DNA of 64,000 bases. It comes from an uncultured Patescibacteria group bacterium. Lineage in GTDB: Bacteria > Patescibacteriota > Patescibacteriia > Veblenbacterales > UBA10138. Below are positions 61,047 through 64,000 of the stretch, piece after piece. The stretch's first letter is position 1; each line of letters begins with the position of its first letter. Below the pieces are notes generated by a model, which was given only the letters and a program-made list of their open reading frames with translations, ran no database searches and was not told the origin of the DNA. The position numbers and the translations under genes were made by a program. The stretch is from positions 11,838 to 75,837 of the forward strand of contig CALFUV010000008.1 of NCBI GenBank assembly GCA_937929825.1, written 5' to 3'.

Positions 61047-62456
61047 ATGCAAATATTTTTTGTAGCTTCAGAAGTAACTCCCATTGCCAAAGTAGGCGGT
61101 TTAGGTGATGTAATTGGTGCTCTACCCAAAGCTCTTTATAAATTAGGTGTTAAAGTTTCCATTATTACCGGTTATTATGGAACACACGACGAAAATAAAT
61201 ATCCTACTAAAATTTTATTTAAATCTAAGTTATTTTGGGGTGTTAATGATATTATTTATACAGTCAGGCAGGGGGTTTTGCCCGGCAGTCGGGTAAAAGT
61301 TTATTTTATCGATCAGCCGGAAATAATTGGTTCTGGAAGTGTATATGATAGCCGTACAGCTTTAGCTAACAATCAATCAGAAATAGAGAGATTTTTATTT
61401 TTATGCAAGGCAGCTGTTTTTTTGCCGGGATTTATTGGTATAAAAAATGATATTTGGCATTTACATGATTGGCACGCCGCTGCTTTAGTAGAATTTTTAT
61501 CTCCTGATTCAGCGCCAACATTACTAACAATACATAATTTAGCTAATCAAGGTTGGGCTACTCAGGATACTTTAGCTAAAGCTGGTATATTAACACAAAA
61601 ACAAGAGATAAATATATTTCGTCTTGGTTTGGAAAAAGCTACTTGGCTTTCCACGGTTAGCCCCACTTATGCGCAGGAAATTCAGAAGAGTCCGGAAGGT
61701 GAGGGTTTGGAAGAAGTTATTAAAGCTCGTAGACATGAATTAACAGGTATAGTAAATGGTGTGGATATTGATTTTTTTAATCCAGTAACAGATAAATTTT
61801 TAGCTGACAAATTAAAAAGTAATTTAGATGATTTTAAGAATAGCAATAAACAGGCTTTATTTAAATTTATAAATTTACCCCAGTCATCAGTTCCTTTGTT
61901 TGGCATTGTTTCTCGTTTAACTAGCCAAAAAGGCATAGATCTTATAGTAAACGGCTTGGAACCATATTTACAGCAAGGTAGTTTGCGGTTTGTTTTTTTG
62001 GGAATGGGTGACCCGGCTTTAGAAAAGGCCCTCAAAAATTTGGCTGTTTCTTATCCTAGGGCAGTAGCTGGCAAAATAGGTTTTGATGAAAAATTAGCAC
62101 ATTTAATATACGCAGCGTCTGATTTTTTCCTTATGCCCTCGCGTTTTGAGCCCTGCGGTTTGGGGCAATTAATAGCCATGCGTTATGGTTCAGTGCCCAT
62201 TGTACGGTCAACTGGCGGCCTGAAGGATACAGTTATTGATATTGAATTTAATAAAGGTAATGGATTGGTATTTTTTGATTATAAACCAGAAGCTTTGGGG
62301 CAGGCTATTATCAGAGCATTAGATTTGTATAATAATCGTGGTAAACTTGAAATAGTTAGACAAAGCGCCCGCCAAAGAGATTCTTCTTGGTTAACTTCAG
62401 CTAAGGAATATTATAATTTGTATAAATCATTATGCATCCTAAAAAATCAGAATTAA
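61047..62456 (+). CDS. glgA: Glycogen synthase (GT5), copy 2
   Basis: KVGGLGDV, HLHDWH, TIHN, SRLTSQKG, MPSRFEPCGL; ATG at 61047. Confidence 0.92.
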   Translation: MQIFFVASEVTPIAKVGGLGDVIGALPKALYKLGVKVSIITGYYGTHDENKYPTKILFKSKLFWGVNDIIYTVRQGVLPGSRVKVYFIDQPEIIGSGSVYDSRTALANNQSEIERFLFLCKAAVFLPGFIGIKNDIWHLHDWHAAALVEFLSPDSAPTLLTIHNLANQGWATQDTLAKAGILTQKQEINIFRLGLEKATWLSTVSPTYAQEIQKSPEGEGLEEVIKARRHELTGIVNGVDIDFFNPVTDKFLADKLKSNLDDFKNSNKQALFKFINLPQSSVPLFGIVSRLTSQKGIDLIVNGLEPYLQQGSLRFVFLGMGDPALEKALKNLAVSYPRAVAGKIGFDEKLAHLIYAASDFFLMPSRFEPCGLGQLIAMRYGSVPIVRSTGGLKDTVIDIEFNKGNGLVFFDYKPEALGQAIIRALDLYNNRGKLEIVRQSARQRDSSWLTSAKEYYNLYKSLCILKNQN

Positions 62457-63382
62457 GAAAAGATTATATACAAGACAAATACGTTATTATTGCGCCACGT
62501 CGTTTAAGTCGACCGCACGGACGGGATGTAAATTTTGACTTAGCCTCCTTAGCAAAATCATCCGTTAAGAAGGAGAATTGCGTTTTTTGTCCTCCTAATT
62601 TGAAAATTAATGGCGCTTTATTAATTGTTGGCGGTAAAAAAGATTGGCAGATAGTAGTTTTAAAAAATAAATATCCAGCAGTATCGTTAGATAACCCCAA
62701 AGCTTATGGTTCTCAGGAAGTAGTGGTGGAAACACCAGATCATAAATTACAAATGGAGCAATTCACCACCAAACAGATAGCGCAAATATTAGATGTTTAT
62801 GCCATGAGGACTAAATCATTAATGGATAATCCAAAATTGGAATATATACTTATTTTTAAGAATAATGGTGGCCGGGCCGGTGCTTCTTTACAACATGCTC
62901 ATTCACAGATATTTGCCACCGGTTTTTTGCCACCGCATTTGCTTGATAAATCACAAAGGGTGCAGGCTTATAAATTACAAACCGGAAGGTGTGTTTATTG
63001 TGATGTGATTGCCCAGGAAAGCAAGAGCCCGCGTCTCATTTATCAGGATGATTATATGATAGCTTTTGCGCCCTATGCCTCTCTTTATAATTATGAGGTT
63101 TGGTTAATGCCTAAAAGGCATTTGGATAACGTTACAAATCTGTCGGCGCAGGAAATAGCTTCAACTGCCCGTATGTTACAAAAGATAATCCGTAAAGTTG
63201 TTTATGATCTTAAACTACCTTACAATTATTATTTTCATCAGGTAGTGCATGATGAAGATCAGCATTTATATATCAAAATAACTCCGCGTGGCAGTGCCTG
63301 GGCAGGTGTGGAAATAGGATCTGGTGTGGTAGTCAATCCGGTAGCCCCTGAAGAAGCAGCTAGATTTTACCGGGGAAAATAA
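62432..63382 (+). CDS. GalT-family (HIT) sugar-1-phosphate nucleotidyltransferase
   Basis: R..RP, CVFC, NKYP, FKN.G..AGASLQHAHSQ, CVYC. Confidence 0.88.
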   Translation: MHPKKSELRKDYIQDKYVIIAPRRLSRPHGRDVNFDLASLAKSSVKKENCVFCPPNLKINGALLIVGGKKDWQIVVLKNKYPAVSLDNPKAYGSQEVVVETPDHKLQMEQFTTKQIAQILDVYAMRTKSLMDNPKLEYILIFKNNGGRAGASLQHAHSQIFATGFLPPHLLDKSQRVQAYKLQTGRCVYCDVIAQESKSPRLIYQDDYMIAFAPYASLYNYEVWLMPKRHLDNVTNLSAQEIASTARMLQKIIRKVVYDLKLPYNYYFHQVVHDEDQHLYIKITPRGSAWAGVEIGSGVVVNPVAPEEAARFYRGK

Positions 63383-63390
63383 AAAGAATA

Positions 63391-63996
63391 ATGTTCGGTT
63401 TAACTTCTGCTGAACTTAAATTATTAACCAAACCTCGTACACCCGCGGCTATTCAGGATTTTTTGGAAAAAATTCCTATTAATTTTGAGAAAAAAGGCGA
63501 AACCGTACTTTCTCCCCGCCGGGTAATAAAAGAATGGCGCTGTCATTGCGCCGAAGGAGCTTTTTTAGCCGCCCTAATGTTGCGTTTGCAGGGGTATAAA
63601 CCATTGGTGGTAGATTTAAAATCTGTTTGGCATGATGATGATCATGTAATCGCAGTTTGGCGACAACACGGATATTGGGGAGCTATCAGTAAAACTAATC
63701 ACGCTGTTTTGCGTTATCGTGAACCAATTTACCGCGACATTAGGGAATTAGTTTTATCTTATTTTCATGAATATTTTACTAATAATGGCGTAAAAACCTT
63801 ACGCAGTTATTCTAAGCCGGTTAATTTAGCAAGATTTGACAAACGAAGTTGGGTAATTTCAGAGCAGGATTTATGGTATATTGTGCGTTATTTGGATAAA
63901 GTGCCACATTATCCAGTAATTAACAGAAGTCAAATTAGTAATCTGCGTTTAGCTGATAAAATAGAACGCCAAGCTGGCAAATTGACAGCTTGGTAA
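63391..63996 (+). CDS. Conserved hypothetical protein, transglutaminase-like Cys/His core
   Basis: SPRRV...CHCAEGA...DDDHVIA...WGAISK; fold assignment is an inference. Confidence 0.7.
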   Translation: MFGLTSAELKLLTKPRTPAAIQDFLEKIPINFEKKGETVLSPRRVIKEWRCHCAEGAFLAALMLRLQGYKPLVVDLKSVWHDDDHVIAVWRQHGYWGAISKTNHAVLRYREPIYRDIRELVLSYFHEYFTNNGVKTLRSYSKPVNLARFDKRSWVISEQDLWYIVRYLDKVPHYPVINRSQISNLRLADKIERQAGKLTAW

Positions 63997-64000
63997 AAAA

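Overview
AT-rich bacterial chromosome segment using the standard genetic code (TGA is a stop). Gene content and style point to a Patescibacteria/CPR (Parcubacteria-like) organism; this is an inference. Core genes: RNase J (partial), secG, pcrA/uvrD, uvrC, uvrA, CIRCE-controlled groES-groEL, PEP synthase, dnaG-rpoD, mgtE, uppP, trxB and three tRNAs (Leu-CAG, Ser-GGA, Asn-GTT). Accessory blocks: a glycosylation trio, an arsR-arsE-arsP-(Trx/DsbD)-arsF-arsG-like operon, an ECF sigma/anti-sigma/GerMN unit, a type IV pilus locus with two minor-pilin sets, pgpA, plsY and a glgA-GH57-glgA-galT cluster. The strongest unexplained signal is a ~165-nt structured element present twice (36726-36892 and 55479-55646). 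The copies show compensatory base changes in several helices, and each sits directly behind a GerMN-domain gene. Other leads: three copies of a 20-bp palindrome-containing site around a small ArsR-type gene; an orphan DarT/ART-like gene behind tRNA-Ser; a tRNA-Leu whose leader and trailer pair to extend the acceptor stem; and a split between SD-less/leaderless core genes and self-contained SD-led orphan cassettes. All calls come from reading the sequence by eye; no searches were run.
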